This document shows positions 19,383-29,948 of a stretch of DNA of 64,000 nt, one piece after another. The stretch is from a virus: the IMG/VR virus record IMGVR_UViG_3300032516_002690, positions 40,210 through 104,209 of that record; one strand, given 5' to 3'. The notes beneath the pieces are model-generated. The model searched no databases, was not told where the DNA came from, and was given only the letters and a program-made list of their open reading frames with translations. Position 1 is the first letter of the stretch. Each line of letters begins with the position of its first letter. The position numbers were made by a program, and so were the translations under genes.

Positions 19383-19726
19383 GATTCGAGTGCCTTTACT
19401 TGCTTGTATTCTGCCTCGAATTCTTTTTCATTCTTGGCAATTTCTGCGTTTTTGGCGTCTGCGATGCGCTGTAACGCGTGCGCCTGTTTTAGCAGATCCG
19501 CTAACTTAGCTGCGTTTTTCTCATGTAGCATATCGAAACGCACTTGCTCAGCTTTAACACCCGCTAAGTCCACTTCGTTGTGCAATTTAGCTAGCTGATC
19601 TTTACGTTTACTTAACCGCACGTAAAGTGCGAAGCATGCTACAAACGCCGCTACAGACACTACCAGCCACAGTATCCATTTTTTAGGTCCGGACGCTGCG
19701 TGATAATTTAATATTTTAGGGGTCAT
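19340..19726 (-). CDS. membrane-anchored coiled-coil protein (i-spanin-like topology)
   Basis: TM WILWLVVSVAAFVACFALYV followed by charged heptads. Confidence 0.5.
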   Translation of the reverse strand: MTPKILNYHAASGPKKWILWLVVSVAAFVACFALYVRLSKRKDQLAKLHNEVDLAGVKAEQVRFDMLHEKNAAKLADLLKQAHALQRIADAKNAEIAKNEKEFEAEYKQVKALESWKDLDAYNQKSRS

Positions 19727-19727
19727 G

Positions 19728-22700
19728 TTAATCCATGTAGAATTTCGGGGTGTCATAGACGACTTCAAGACTGTACAGCACGTTAGATACGGTACCACCC
19801 GCTGACGCTACGACGTATGCCACTACGGTGGCAATGCTCTTGTTAATTGGAACACTTATAGTACCTGAAGATATAGGTCGATCACCTGTAATTACACCAA
19901 TAGGATCGAACACAGGGGCAAGTGAAACGGTAATTGCGCCGACATTGTCTAATGTGTATATTTTTATACTCATACGATTACCGCTTATAGTGTAGTCGGT
20001 ATTCGTTGTGGGTAAGACCAGTGCGTTTATTTCTCTAATAACAGCACCGTTTGGCACATAAGTATTCAGCGAATAGGCGTAGGTGGCACCTAGGGTAATC
20101 GCGGTTGTAAAACTATTATTCTTAGTCCACTGGCTTGGATTTAGGGGCTCCCCATCAATTGCATTAAGTAAACGGCGTGTGGTTGCTTTTTGGATACCGT
20201 CCGAATTACCAAATACGAGGTTTGGATAATTCGATATATTGCCATTGTTGACTACAAGTAGTGTCCCAGTGTCGCCGTTGGTAAACGTATTGCCCGTCAC
20301 TACGTTGGCGGAGCTGGTCGTATCCAGGAGTACTGCGGTATCTGCGCCAGCACTGAATGTCATCACGGTATTCGCAGTAACCGTACAATCACTACGATCT
20401 ATAGTTAGAAACTTAACTGCGGCCGTATTACAACGTGCGTTGTTGCCTGTGATAATCGCGCCGTACTGTTCCGCGTACACTAACGCGTGGTTAGCCGTCG
20501 CCATTAAGAGGTTTTGCGCGCTACCCGTTATGTGGATAGTATTGTGCGCTACTTTTGCTTGATTCCCGGTAATGTATGCAAACCAACCGGGTGTATTTTC
20601 ACCTGTAGCAAACAAGGCACCATTTACGGTATTACCGAGTACCTTACCTCTCGTAGTTGCACGAAATAACCGACCTTTATTTGCAGTACCGCTATTTTCG
20701 TAAAAAGAAATCCCCTCTACAGTAGCGGCGGTGCTGAGGTCGTATAGGGCGAGCCACGCGGAAACGTTGCTACCTGCAGGGGTTCCATTAATAGACCCGC
20801 CGGTTATGCGAACTCCGGTACCTACCGAGATTAGCGAACACGTGAGTGTTGTCGCACCTGCGCTAGTGTCGGGTTCTGTTACGTTCTTTACGTGTAAGCC
20901 ATTTACGGTTAGATTACCGCTATTGGGTGCGTCCAGGACTATAGCGTTTGATGCAGCGCCTGCTAAACGTTTACCTTGCAGGTCCACCGTTATATTACGC
21001 GCGTTAATGGTGGACGACGTGACGGTTCCCGTGAGTAGGCTTAGCGTATGACTCGCTAATTGCGTGATATTAGCGTAATTGAGATTTAAATGGAAACCAT
21101 CTAGGGTGTACGACCCGTTACCCGTCGAAACTCCGGCGACCGAGCCGATTTCAACTCGGCGTGTTGCAGCTCCGCCTACAACGGTGCCAAACCTTAACTC
21201 TACGTAGCAGTCTTCAAATACTATGTTTTGTCCCGGATCGGTCGCCGAAGCCTGGCTACACACTACGCCGATTTCTGGATAATTAACTGCGACAGTACTC
21301 GTGTAAAATTTGCAGCTTCGGAATCTAATGTGATTAGAATCTCCGCTTATTGCGAGGACTTTACCGTATCCGTCCTGTATGAACGTACAGTTATCGAACT
21401 CAATGTTTGTTGAATTCGTTATTGTCAAGACCGTCGGTGTGATAGACGCATTTGATTGGCTGCAGCGGAATATACAGTTCCGGTAAATCTGAGGCTGGTG
21501 TACGCTACTCATGCATGCCACAGAACCGTCGTCTACGCCCACATCGCCGAATCCTGCAGAGATATCGAAAATAGAATCTTCGATTACTAGGGGCTCGTAA
21601 TTCCTAGAGGCTGCTTTCGTACCGATGTTAACGAGTAACAACGCGTATTTCTGAGTTGCACCGCTAGACCCTGATGGGATAGCGGTGACGCGCAGGCGGC
21701 GTAACGTACCGGTTACGGCGTTGGTATTCGCCGGGTTGGTGTGATAAAAGAAGATACTGGCCCAGTTAATCCCGGCGGGTGTGTCGTCATCTATTACCAG
21801 GTTATCGATATCTACTCTGACATGGCCAGTAGGCTGGAACTGGAAAGCGCCTGCAGTAGCCCTACAGTTGTGTAACTTATACGAACCGCCCGTGAAGTAA
21901 TAGCTAAAGACTCCTGCAGCGCTTCCCTTCAAGAAAATATTTTCGAATGAAAATTCGTCGTTAGCATCTGCGCCTAGGAAGGTGACATGCCCACTCTTTG
22001 TGAGCGTCAATGTTACCTTTGTATTGTCTTCACCAATCAAATGCGTATTTTTAGATGTCGTGAAATTTGTGCTTACGTTGTACGCGCCACGGCGCAGGAG
22101 ATACGTACCTCCTGTAGCGGCCAGTGTATTAATAGCAGGTACGACATCGACGACATTGATATCTCCGCCAACGGAATTAGTACCGTCGGTACACACTGCG
22201 GTAAACGCACGTCGCGCAATTGCGGAGCTGTGTAGCTGGGATAAGGCTGAGCGAATAGTTGTATTGGTGGTGAGTGCACCGCCGCCGCCTTGGGCAGTGA
22301 GGGCGGTCCCGAAGATTGTCGGCGCGTCTACACCTACCCGAATAGCCCCGGGTAGTGTCGCAGTCATATCGGCTAAGTCAGCTACGATTTCGTCGAGAGC
22401 TGTTTCGACGGTGGACGCCGTAACTGCGGTTGAGCCGTCAGCCCATGGACCGCTACCGTTGTAACCTACCGTCGCTGCTCCCAGCACCGAAGCTTGCAAC
22501 GCAACGTGTGCCGCGAGGGCTATTGAAGCCACGCTAGTCGGGCTTTTAAATTGAAAACTTTCGCCGGCTTCGAGCCGCGTACCGTCGTACCAAATCAATT
22601 GTCCGTTATAGCCAATGCGACACAGTGGGATTGCCCCCGGTATTTTGTCAGGACTAACATGCGTGACAAATAAAGCAGCTGCGGGGATAGCACTCGTGCC

Positions 22701-23555
22701 ACGATCACCCGAGGACTCTGCTCGTCCGCCCGCAAGGCCACCTTTAGGGTCCGCACCAAAACCCGCCGGCTCAATAACGTACTTGTACCAAATTGCAATG
22801 CCCATGCCGGGTTGCAGTGGCGTAGTTGTCGTGAGCGTCTGGATATCTGAGCCCGCAATGACGTGCTTTTCGTCATCAGCTGTGGTGTCGAGACGTGTTT
22901 CTGCAAGCGCAATGACGGCTACGTTGGCAACCGCGCTGGTTGTAATAACCAGACGTCCGACGAGTATGGTGTCCGCGGCAATGGCTGACGCAAGTGCGGT
23001 TTGCACAGCTGCCGCATCGTGCGAGGCGGTGCTCGTATTTAGCGTAACCACAATGCGCTTAACCGGCCCCGCGGAAATAGCGACACTGACGGACCCTGCA
23101 GACGCTGAGTGTAAATGCTTGATTGTTACGGCGTTCATGCCGTGGGTGGCGTACGACGTAGCTGCGACTGTGTAGATAACCCGATTACTTGAAGGCGTAC
23201 CTACAGATAATGTACCTTTCTTGGCTTGGTACGGAGCGAGCATAGGCGTGACCGTAAAACTGCCCGCAGTAACCGATATTTTACCGAGCGGCGGGGCGCC
23301 GGGAGCTGCGCCGTTCCAGGTAATAGTACCGCCGGTGTACTCAATCATTAGATGACTGTAGTCGCGGTAATAAAGCAGCTCTTCAGCGACATCTCGCAAT
23401 GTCTCTGTGCGTTCGCGGAGATTCTCAGAAGGCCGGCGCAACACTACTTGTGTCGCTCCTTCACCATCGCTGAGAGGCTGAATAGCCGCTAAATTGTCCT
23501 CGCCGTTATCACCGAGACCTACGTTGAAATCAACGAACTCTTTTTGTTCCGTCAT
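19728..23555 (-). CDS. tail spike/fibre with right-handed beta-helix (depolymerase-like)
   Basis: 1275 aa; GGTYLLRRGAY beta-helix entry; repeated IxxNT and FxNCxF rungs. Confidence 0.75.
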   Translation of the reverse strand: MTEQKEFVDFNVGLGDNGEDNLAAIQPLSDGEGATQVVLRRPSENLRERTETLRDVAEELLYYRDYSHLMIEYTGGTITWNGAAPGAPPLGKISVTAGSFTVTPMLAPYQAKKGTLSVGTPSSNRVIYTVAATSYATHGMNAVTIKHLHSASAGSVSVAISAGPVKRIVVTLNTSTASHDAAAVQTALASAIAADTILVGRLVITTSAVANVAVIALAETRLDTTADDEKHVIAGSDIQTLTTTTPLQPGMGIAIWYKYVIEPAGFGADPKGGLAGGRAESSGDRGTSAIPAAALFVTHVSPDKIPGAIPLCRIGYNGQLIWYDGTRLEAGESFQFKSPTSVASIALAAHVALQASVLGAATVGYNGSGPWADGSTAVTASTVETALDEIVADLADMTATLPGAIRVGVDAPTIFGTALTAQGGGGALTTNTTIRSALSQLHSSAIARRAFTAVCTDGTNSVGGDINVVDVVPAINTLAATGGTYLLRRGAYNVSTNFTTSKNTHLIGEDNTKVTLTLTKSGHVTFLGADANDEFSFENIFLKGSAAGVFSYYFTGGSYKLHNCRATAGAFQFQPTGHVRVDIDNLVIDDDTPAGINWASIFFYHTNPANTNAVTGTLRRLRVTAIPSGSSGATQKYALLLVNIGTKAASRNYEPLVIEDSIFDISAGFGDVGVDDGSVACMSSVHQPQIYRNCIFRCSQSNASITPTVLTITNSTNIEFDNCTFIQDGYGKVLAISGDSNHIRFRSCKFYTSTVAVNYPEIGVVCSQASATDPGQNIVFEDCYVELRFGTVVGGAATRRVEIGSVAGVSTGNGSYTLDGFHLNLNYANITQLASHTLSLLTGTVTSSTINARNITVDLQGKRLAGAASNAIVLDAPNSGNLTVNGLHVKNVTEPDTSAGATTLTCSLISVGTGVRITGGSINGTPAGSNVSAWLALYDLSTAATVEGISFYENSGTANKGRLFRATTRGKVLGNTVNGALFATGENTPGWFAYITGNQAKVAHNTIHITGSAQNLLMATANHALVYAEQYGAIITGNNARCNTAAVKFLTIDRSDCTVTANTVMTFSAGADTAVLLDTTSSANVVTGNTFTNGDTGTLLVVNNGNISNYPNLVFGNSDGIQKATTRRLLNAIDGEPLNPSQWTKNNSFTTAITLGATYAYSLNTYVPNGAVIREINALVLPTTNTDYTISGNRMSIKIYTLDNVGAITVSLAPVFDPIGVITGDRPISSGTISVPINKSIATVVAYVVASAGGTVSNVLYSLEVVYDTPKFYMD

Positions 23556-23567
23556 GGGGGTCTCTTT

Positions 23568-24107
23568 TCAAACAGTAAGGGTGAGGCGCCAGCGGAACTC
23601 AAGTTCGACTGCGGCAGTTTTAACTTGATCAGGATAAACCTGACGCGAAAACATGATGGACGAGGCTGTCAACTGCGGGTCGTTGAGGGTACCCCGTGTA
23701 AAGAGACCCGCTTCGCGATACGTCAGGCCATTACCGTAACCCGTCGTCATCGTCGCAGTAAATTCTACCGTACCTGATACGCCTACGACGCGATTCGCGT
23801 CCGCGAATTGAATACGCACATAGCTACCGGACACAAAGCCTTCAGCAGCAAGCCCTGTGTCCGTACGCTGCGGGCTAGTACTGTTGGTCCCGAAGCGCAT
23901 AGAGAACAGTTGATTCTCTTGCTGCGCGTTCACGCCGAAAGCGGCGTTGGGAGCCATTAGTTTTACAAGGGCCTCGGTGCCCAGATACGTAATGACGTTC
24001 TTCTTTTCCCAAACCGAAAGAATATCTTGCGTCCGGGCGTCTCGCCGCAGAATGCGCAAATCGCCGCGCATGGGCAGTACGGTCTCATGGGGAAAGCGCG
24101 TCATCAT
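23568..24107 (-). CDS. baseplate/tail-collar protein
   Basis: NVITYLG, REAGLF, K..AVELEFRWRL pattern; position in tail module. Confidence 0.65.
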   Translation of the reverse strand: MMTRFPHETVLPMRGDLRILRRDARTQDILSVWEKKNVITYLGTEALVKLMAPNAAFGVNAQQENQLFSMRFGTNSTSPQRTDTGLAAEGFVSGSYVRIQFADANRVVGVSGTVEFTATMTTGYGNGLTYREAGLFTRGTLNDPQLTASSIMFSRQVYPDQVKTAAVELEFRWRLTLTV

Positions 24108-24173
24108 GTCCTCTTGATTTGAATCGGGTCTTCTCGCAGATCAGTGTCGCGAGCAGTACGGCTACGGCCTTGT

Positions 24174-27100
24174 TTAGGATTGCTGGATAGTTAAAGTTTC
24201 ATCTACGCGCAGCGTCTCTTTAAACAACGACGAAGGTGATAGGACAATATACGTGTACGCAGGCTTAGCGACAAATACGAGGGCCTGTAGATCAACGAGG
24301 AGTTCGGCACCGAGCTGCCCCAGTATCGATGGGTTGAATGAGACGTAGAATAGATGATATTTAAGCCATTGGTCTAAAATCACGAATGCTGCTTTATGCC
24401 GCAAAACGAGAGCTTTACTTTCTATTTGCCAGTGGCCTGCCGTAATCGTTTCGTCAGGTACGTTGACGAAAGCTTCGAGCAATACCTTGCTACTACTTAC
24501 GACGCTTAAAATCCTGAATCTCCGCAACTCAATCACTCCGTTGGTGATGACCACGTAATTATCAAGATCGGCAGCAGTAAATAGTGCGTCTGCAATATTG
24601 GTAGTTTCCAGATATACACTGTTACTAGCAGGATACTGTATATCCCCAATAAGGCTTCCAGCGAACAGTCCAACGCGTTGTATAACCGACGGCGGTATGA
24701 AACCTTGCGAGTCCGCACCGATGAGAAAACCCGGGTCACCAATGCGTGCATCGTCGCTCGGGTTGAGGATATTTTCGACGAGCGTGGGGCTCGCTTGTCT
24801 GCGGAGGCCATCTTCACCTACCCAGAGGTTTTCAGGAATTCTTACGCGTTCCCACCACGTAGGCGTCTCTAGGTAATCCGTTACTGTAAATACATCCGTC
24901 AGTACTTCGAACGCCCTGAATATTTTTACGCCTGCGTTAGCCGTATCCGTAACGGCTGCGCGTAGAGGTATAGCCCTGTCAAAAGTATAAGTCTGTTTGG
25001 ATGTAGTTACAGTTTGTAGTGCGCTAACACTGAGCTCCCAGCTGACGGGGCCCTCGGTTGTCGGCGAGGCATCTAACAACAGCGTATTGCTGTTGATAAC
25101 TTGTGTTATCTTGAAGGACCTATTTGCATTAAGACCTGACGAAATAAATAGAAAATCAGATATCGTGTCTGCCACGAAACTGCCGGAGCCTGCTGTAAAT
25201 TGGTAGGTCGCGCCACTCAAGTAACCGTCAGTCCCTGATGCGTAGCTATCAGTTTCGTACGAGATGAGTAATTCGCCGTTATCGCGAATAACGCTAAGCC
25301 CTGCGACGGTATTTACGGCGGATTCAAAGCGTTCGAGTGTCGGCCCCAACATAAACAGCTGAAATACGCCACGTATCAGCGAACGGTATTCTTCACTAGA
25401 TCGGTCGTATCGGTTAATCAAATATCCGAAAGTCGTGTAAAGCTGAAAGCGGTCGACTAACACATCAGGGGCCCAGAAAGCAGCCTCGCGCACCGTACGC
25501 GTAACTGACTCAGTAGCTAAAACTCCGCGGCGCTTTAGCTGCCAAACGAGAGATCCGTTGCTAGGTTCCACTGTCGACAATACTGCGCGGTCGGTGGTCA
25601 GTTGCACGGACGTACTGCTCAATACTGCGCTAATTATGTACGTACCGTTGTTATTCGGGAAACCCTGCGCGTACCCGGAATTCGATATCGTTAGCGCCTG
25701 CCCGATGTGTTGGTATGTAAATGACGCCGTTGAGGCATTAAACGTACTCGGAAAACCATACGTTAGAATGCCTGTCGCACCCGTTTGTAGGGTTGCATTA
25801 TTCGACAGAATTACCAGTCGAAATGAATAATCAACCGTCAGTTCTAAATCGGTGCGCCACACCGTTTTCGGCATGATCGTAGCGGCATCTTCCAAGAGCG
25901 TGTAGTCAACACCCTCGACAACCGTGCTATCGTCAACTAAACGCCGGGCAGTAAGAACAGCGCCCTTCTTTATCTGCGGATACAAAAGATACGTCGTGCC
26001 AGCAAAGCCGTTAGCCCAGGCCCATGTAAGGGTCACGCCGTCAGCGTCACTAATAGGCGCGGTTACCGTAACTTGTGTACCGCTAATTTTGGTCAATATC
26101 GCGTATTTGTACAATACGCCGGAACGTACCACTTTAATTACAGTACCTACGGTGCTTGTAAATACGGCGCTCGCAGCGCTGAATAACGCCGTTCCGTCTC
26201 CGTTATTGGTGAAAACACCGTCGGTGTATACCATGCCCGGTGTTGTCGTCCAGAGATTCCAAGTAACGCTTGCTTCATCGACGGGAGCCTGTAGTGCAAG
26301 CGTAACACTCGTCACGCTGTTGTATCCAATTATTCGTGCGTACCCAACGTTATTTAGCCCTTGGAGCTCAATAATGTCTCCAATATAAATCGGATAAAAC
26401 AGCGCACTAGCGGATGTAAATAGCCGTGTTGCCGCAGTAATAACCCCGTTGACACCAAGTTGCGCGACACTTCCGCTAGCCGCAATAGATTCGGCCGTTA
26501 TGGTATTATTAGAAGGCTCGCGCAGTACGGAAAACTCTAATTTGCTGGCAGCTGAAGTCGCTGTAATCGCGCCGTTAACTTCTAGATATAGCGCTTCGGG
26601 CTTGACCAACGATATGTCAAACTCTAGAGGCGTACCCACCGTCGGACTTATTAGTAGACGTAAGATATCACCTTTCTGAATGGCTAGGCTGGCGTCAGAC
26701 CAATCCGGTATGGTCGAATTGGTAAATGACCCACCGAAACTCACGTCGATAATCCGCGTCGGATAACCATCCAGCGGATTTACATGCGTGCGCAGTAAAG
26801 GCAGTGCAGTACCTACCGGAGACCCGTAACCCTTGTCATCGTCGGTTAGACTTGCGAATAACAATCCGCTAAATAGAGGATGGGTATTAATGCTCGCTAC
26901 GATATCACGTGTTAGTGTCGTAGACCCGTTGGCCGGCCCGTCGTACGCAATGACAAGCGTATCCGCTGCAGTATTTAGTGTAAATGTAAACGGGCTTGTG
27001 CCGTCGTCCAATAATTGAACGGTAAATAGCGTTGTTAGCGGGTCGCGCGTACGTAACGTAAACTCAGTGTTACCGGTACCGAATGTCCGCTGAAGATAGG

Positions 27101-27515
27101 CATTCAACGGGTCGTATTTGAATTCAAAAGAACGCGTCGTATCGTTAAAATCGTAGTCAATGTCTTGTTCAAGCGACGCGGTTACACTGAATATTTTGTT
27201 ATGTAAGGCCCGTGCATATACGAGATCATTCTCGGCTAAGTACACGTAACGGTTCTGAGTAGCATTCGCGCGTTGAGAGTAGCGCGTCTCTGTCTCATTG
27301 ATCTGTATTAATTTGAAATATTCTTTGTTGAACAACGGTGCATCTTGAACGCTATTATTGAGAAGTAGCGCCAATAGGTCTAGATACGACTGGCCCAGCA
27401 GAATCTCTGTACCCGTATACAGGGCTCTAAGCTGATCGATATCTTTAAAATACAATAACCAAAAGTCGGAAAGACCCTCGATTATGGACTGCATTTTATT
27501 GTTGTAGTTAGCCAT
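24174..27515 (-). CDS. baseplate wedge-like structural protein
   Basis: 1113 aa, beta-rich; C-terminal KPAYT; follows the baseplate J-like gene. Confidence 0.6.
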   Translation of the reverse strand: MANYNNKMQSIIEGLSDFWLLYFKDIDQLRALYTGTEILLGQSYLDLLALLLNNSVQDAPLFNKEYFKLIQINETETRYSQRANATQNRYVYLAENDLVYARALHNKIFSVTASLEQDIDYDFNDTTRSFEFKYDPLNAYLQRTFGTGNTEFTLRTRDPLTTLFTVQLLDDGTSPFTFTLNTAADTLVIAYDGPANGSTTLTRDIVASINTHPLFSGLLFASLTDDDKGYGSPVGTALPLLRTHVNPLDGYPTRIIDVSFGGSFTNSTIPDWSDASLAIQKGDILRLLISPTVGTPLEFDISLVKPEALYLEVNGAITATSAASKLEFSVLREPSNNTITAESIAASGSVAQLGVNGVITAATRLFTSASALFYPIYIGDIIELQGLNNVGYARIIGYNSVTSVTLALQAPVDEASVTWNLWTTTPGMVYTDGVFTNNGDGTALFSAASAVFTSTVGTVIKVVRSGVLYKYAILTKISGTQVTVTAPISDADGVTLTWAWANGFAGTTYLLYPQIKKGAVLTARRLVDDSTVVEGVDYTLLEDAATIMPKTVWRTDLELTVDYSFRLVILSNNATLQTGATGILTYGFPSTFNASTASFTYQHIGQALTISNSGYAQGFPNNNGTYIISAVLSSTSVQLTTDRAVLSTVEPSNGSLVWQLKRRGVLATESVTRTVREAAFWAPDVLVDRFQLYTTFGYLINRYDRSSEEYRSLIRGVFQLFMLGPTLERFESAVNTVAGLSVIRDNGELLISYETDSYASGTDGYLSGATYQFTAGSGSFVADTISDFLFISSGLNANRSFKITQVINSNTLLLDASPTTEGPVSWELSVSALQTVTTSKQTYTFDRAIPLRAAVTDTANAGVKIFRAFEVLTDVFTVTDYLETPTWWERVRIPENLWVGEDGLRRQASPTLVENILNPSDDARIGDPGFLIGADSQGFIPPSVIQRVGLFAGSLIGDIQYPASNSVYLETTNIADALFTAADLDNYVVITNGVIELRRFRILSVVSSSKVLLEAFVNVPDETITAGHWQIESKALVLRHKAAFVILDQWLKYHLFYVSFNPSILGQLGAELLVDLQALVFVAKPAYTYIVLSPSSLFKETLRVDETLTIQQS

Positions 27516-29485
27516 CAGCCCCTGTTGTCCACGTAAATACGATCAAGTGTCGTAACATAACGGACAGTGCGGTCGCTAACGCCGTTTCCTGCAGGGTCGG
27601 ACAGCGTAGCATTAGTCTGTCCCGCCGCGATGTTTGCGGAATTCAGTCGAACCTCGTCAGACGTCACGTACTTTATCGTACGGCCATCCGGAACAATCAG
27701 GGTGTAACTAATTTCGAATGGTAGGACTGCACCGATTTCAGTACTATAGGCCCGGGTAACGTAGGAAATGTCTGAGACATCCAGTACATCGTTGGGATCA
27801 AACGAATTGATGAAATCTGTAATCGTTTGCCTTAGCGCGGTTTCGTCAATAATGCTTGTCGAATTAGGCCGCAAACGATAAGGCACTGTCATAGCCAGGT
27901 AAGCCTGGTGAAACCCTTTTACTAGAATATTACCTGCTAGAACACGTTCAAACCTGTCACGCGTAAAGTCGTGAATTACGTCTAGACTGGCGAGCGTGTC
28001 GTAGATCACCCGTACGTTCTTGCCGTTAAATGCCGGTTCAAGAACTAGCTCGTCCATCGCAAGCATTGACTGCGCGGCGTTAGGGTAACTGTTCGTGAGC
28101 TGGTATTCCAGCGCGGCTTGCGTAGCAGTAAACACGGGTGTTTGATTTACGCGTATGGGGAAATGTATGTACCCGTCCGAAGGGTTTATGCGTAAATCGC
28201 CCGAATCAGGGTCCAACACTGCGACATCGATTACGTCGTAATGTGCGCTACCTGGCAGTATCAAGCGGTTGTCAATTTGAATATACCGCGAAGTTTCGCC
28301 GGTTACGCTAACACCAACAGCGGGCTGGATCTGCAGGTCTGAACCAAACAGAGGGCGGTAGATATAATAATCTACGTACGTATTTGCTTCGTCAGTAGGT
28401 GTCGAAAACGGCGTATTCGTACTTACGCGTAGTTCAGTCGCAGTTATTTCCTTAATCACAAAGTCTTTTGGCGCTTCGTCCAAACCCGCACCAACGCGAA
28501 TAACGTCTCCCGCCTGTACACTAGTCATAGTCCAGTCAGGTATCGCTAAGTCGCGAAAGATATTGATAAGCCCGTCTGGACGCAGATACGGAACACCGAG
28601 CCGCCCTTCAAAAGTTGCTTGAATACGTTGCATCTCCAGATACACATCGTAGTGTCCGCCGACGTGCAGCGTTGTCACTGTGCCGTAATCGAGCTTTTTG
28701 TCGCGCTGCATTTCAGGTTCGCCCATGCCTACAACGAGCATGCGGTTTAGCGAACTGAATTTCTCACGAAGAGTTGCTTCGATCGAGCGCGAATTAATCA
28801 GGTTACGTACAGAGATGGCCGTATTAGAGCGAGCAATTATTTCAGAAGTCGTCTCTTTACCGCGACCACCTTCGAATTTCGCTGAACTGAAGATACGGGT
28901 TGCGAATGGGCTGAAGTTTGTACCGCTAACCCAGTTACCCGTAGCGACGTTGAAGTCAGTACCCGTCTTTGCAGCTACTACGCGAATTGAAAATTGGTAT
29001 GCTTGAATAGAGCCATCTAATCCAATGACGGGGAATAAACTCGCCGAGTTTACGATAATGTTCTGCGTAGGGTCGGTTACATCGGGATAAAATATATGGT
29101 CTTTGTCGTACGCAAAGCGATGGTTACCCGAGAGAATATAATCTTGGCGCTTGGAGACTTCAGCGAATAATATACCGCGTGCGAAACTGCCCGACTTGCG
29201 GTTGATGAACCAATTGGACATGATTGCGTCGGTGGCGTTTGCCACTGCGCGGTCTGAGTCGGGATCTACGGTTGCGATATTACGGACGTTGAGTAAACTC
29301 TGCAACGACTTGACGGTAGTATTTTCCTTCTGCAGGTGTGCAAACGTAAAAGCCATCGACTTGACAACGAGATCACGCAACGCGCTGCCCTGTGTAAAGC
29401 GTCCTGTTGGGATTTCCTCAGTGAGGAGAGCCTCTAGGAAAGACTCTGCACTACTAACGTCGTCCGCGTCGATCTCGATAGCCAT
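27515..29485 (-). CDS. baseplate J/gp6-like protein
   Basis: GSALRDLV, A..TG..FNV, FEGG..ET..I..R motifs. Confidence 0.7.
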   Translation of the reverse strand: MAIEIDADDVSSAESFLEALLTEEIPTGRFTQGSALRDLVVKSMAFTFAHLQKENTTVKSLQSLLNVRNIATVDPDSDRAVANATDAIMSNWFINRKSGSFARGILFAEVSKRQDYILSGNHRFAYDKDHIFYPDVTDPTQNIIVNSASLFPVIGLDGSIQAYQFSIRVVAAKTGTDFNVATGNWVSGTNFSPFATRIFSSAKFEGGRGKETTSEIIARSNTAISVRNLINSRSIEATLREKFSSLNRMLVVGMGEPEMQRDKKLDYGTVTTLHVGGHYDVYLEMQRIQATFEGRLGVPYLRPDGLINIFRDLAIPDWTMTSVQAGDVIRVGAGLDEAPKDFVIKEITATELRVSTNTPFSTPTDEANTYVDYYIYRPLFGSDLQIQPAVGVSVTGETSRYIQIDNRLILPGSAHYDVIDVAVLDPDSGDLRINPSDGYIHFPIRVNQTPVFTATQAALEYQLTNSYPNAAQSMLAMDELVLEPAFNGKNVRVIYDTLASLDVIHDFTRDRFERVLAGNILVKGFHQAYLAMTVPYRLRPNSTSIIDETALRQTITDFINSFDPNDVLDVSDISYVTRAYSTEIGAVLPFEISYTLIVPDGRTIKYVTSDEVRLNSANIAAGQTNATLSDPAGNGVSDRTVRYVTTLDRIYVDNRG

Positions 29486-29488
29486 GCA

Positions 29489-29941
29489 TTACCCCGTTAG
29501 CGCTGCAGTCGGAAGATTCAAAATCAGGCGCTCTCCTGCCTGATTCTTGAGCTCAATGTACACTGAAAACCCTGGCGCTGACGTATTTTCTATGAAGTTA
29601 ACAATTGCGGCGCTAGCTAGACGTTCGGTAGGGTTGAGCGTATTATCGTCGATCTGAAACGCGCCTACCTGGTCATTGCAGTTATCGATGGCGATGTTGA
29701 CGACATCCTGGGCGTCTTGCAGGGGTAAATTACTACCGATTAATTTAGTAAAATCGGTACCGCGCTGCAAGTCTGTAGGGTCAGAACCTCGTGGCGTTAG
29801 GAAGCACAACAACCACTGGTTGATGAGCATCTGAAAACCCTTCACGGCGATAGCAGGATTGTATGTCCAACCTACAAACTTAAACGTGTTGAGTTGTTCA
29901 GCCTCGGTTAGCGCTTGAAAATGTATGTCAAAGCGAGCCAT
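29489..29941 (-). CDS. gp25-like baseplate protein
   Basis: FLTPRGSDP..GT.F..LIG, ERL; directly upstream of the J-like gene. Confidence 0.6.
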   Translation of the reverse strand: MARFDIHFQALTEAEQLNTFKFVGWTYNPAIAVKGFQMLINQWLLCFLTPRGSDPTDLQRGTDFTKLIGSNLPLQDAQDVVNIAIDNCNDQVGAFQIDDNTLNPTERLASAAIVNFIENTSAPGFSVYIELKNQAGERLILNLPTAALTG

Positions 29942-29948
29942 CGAACCC

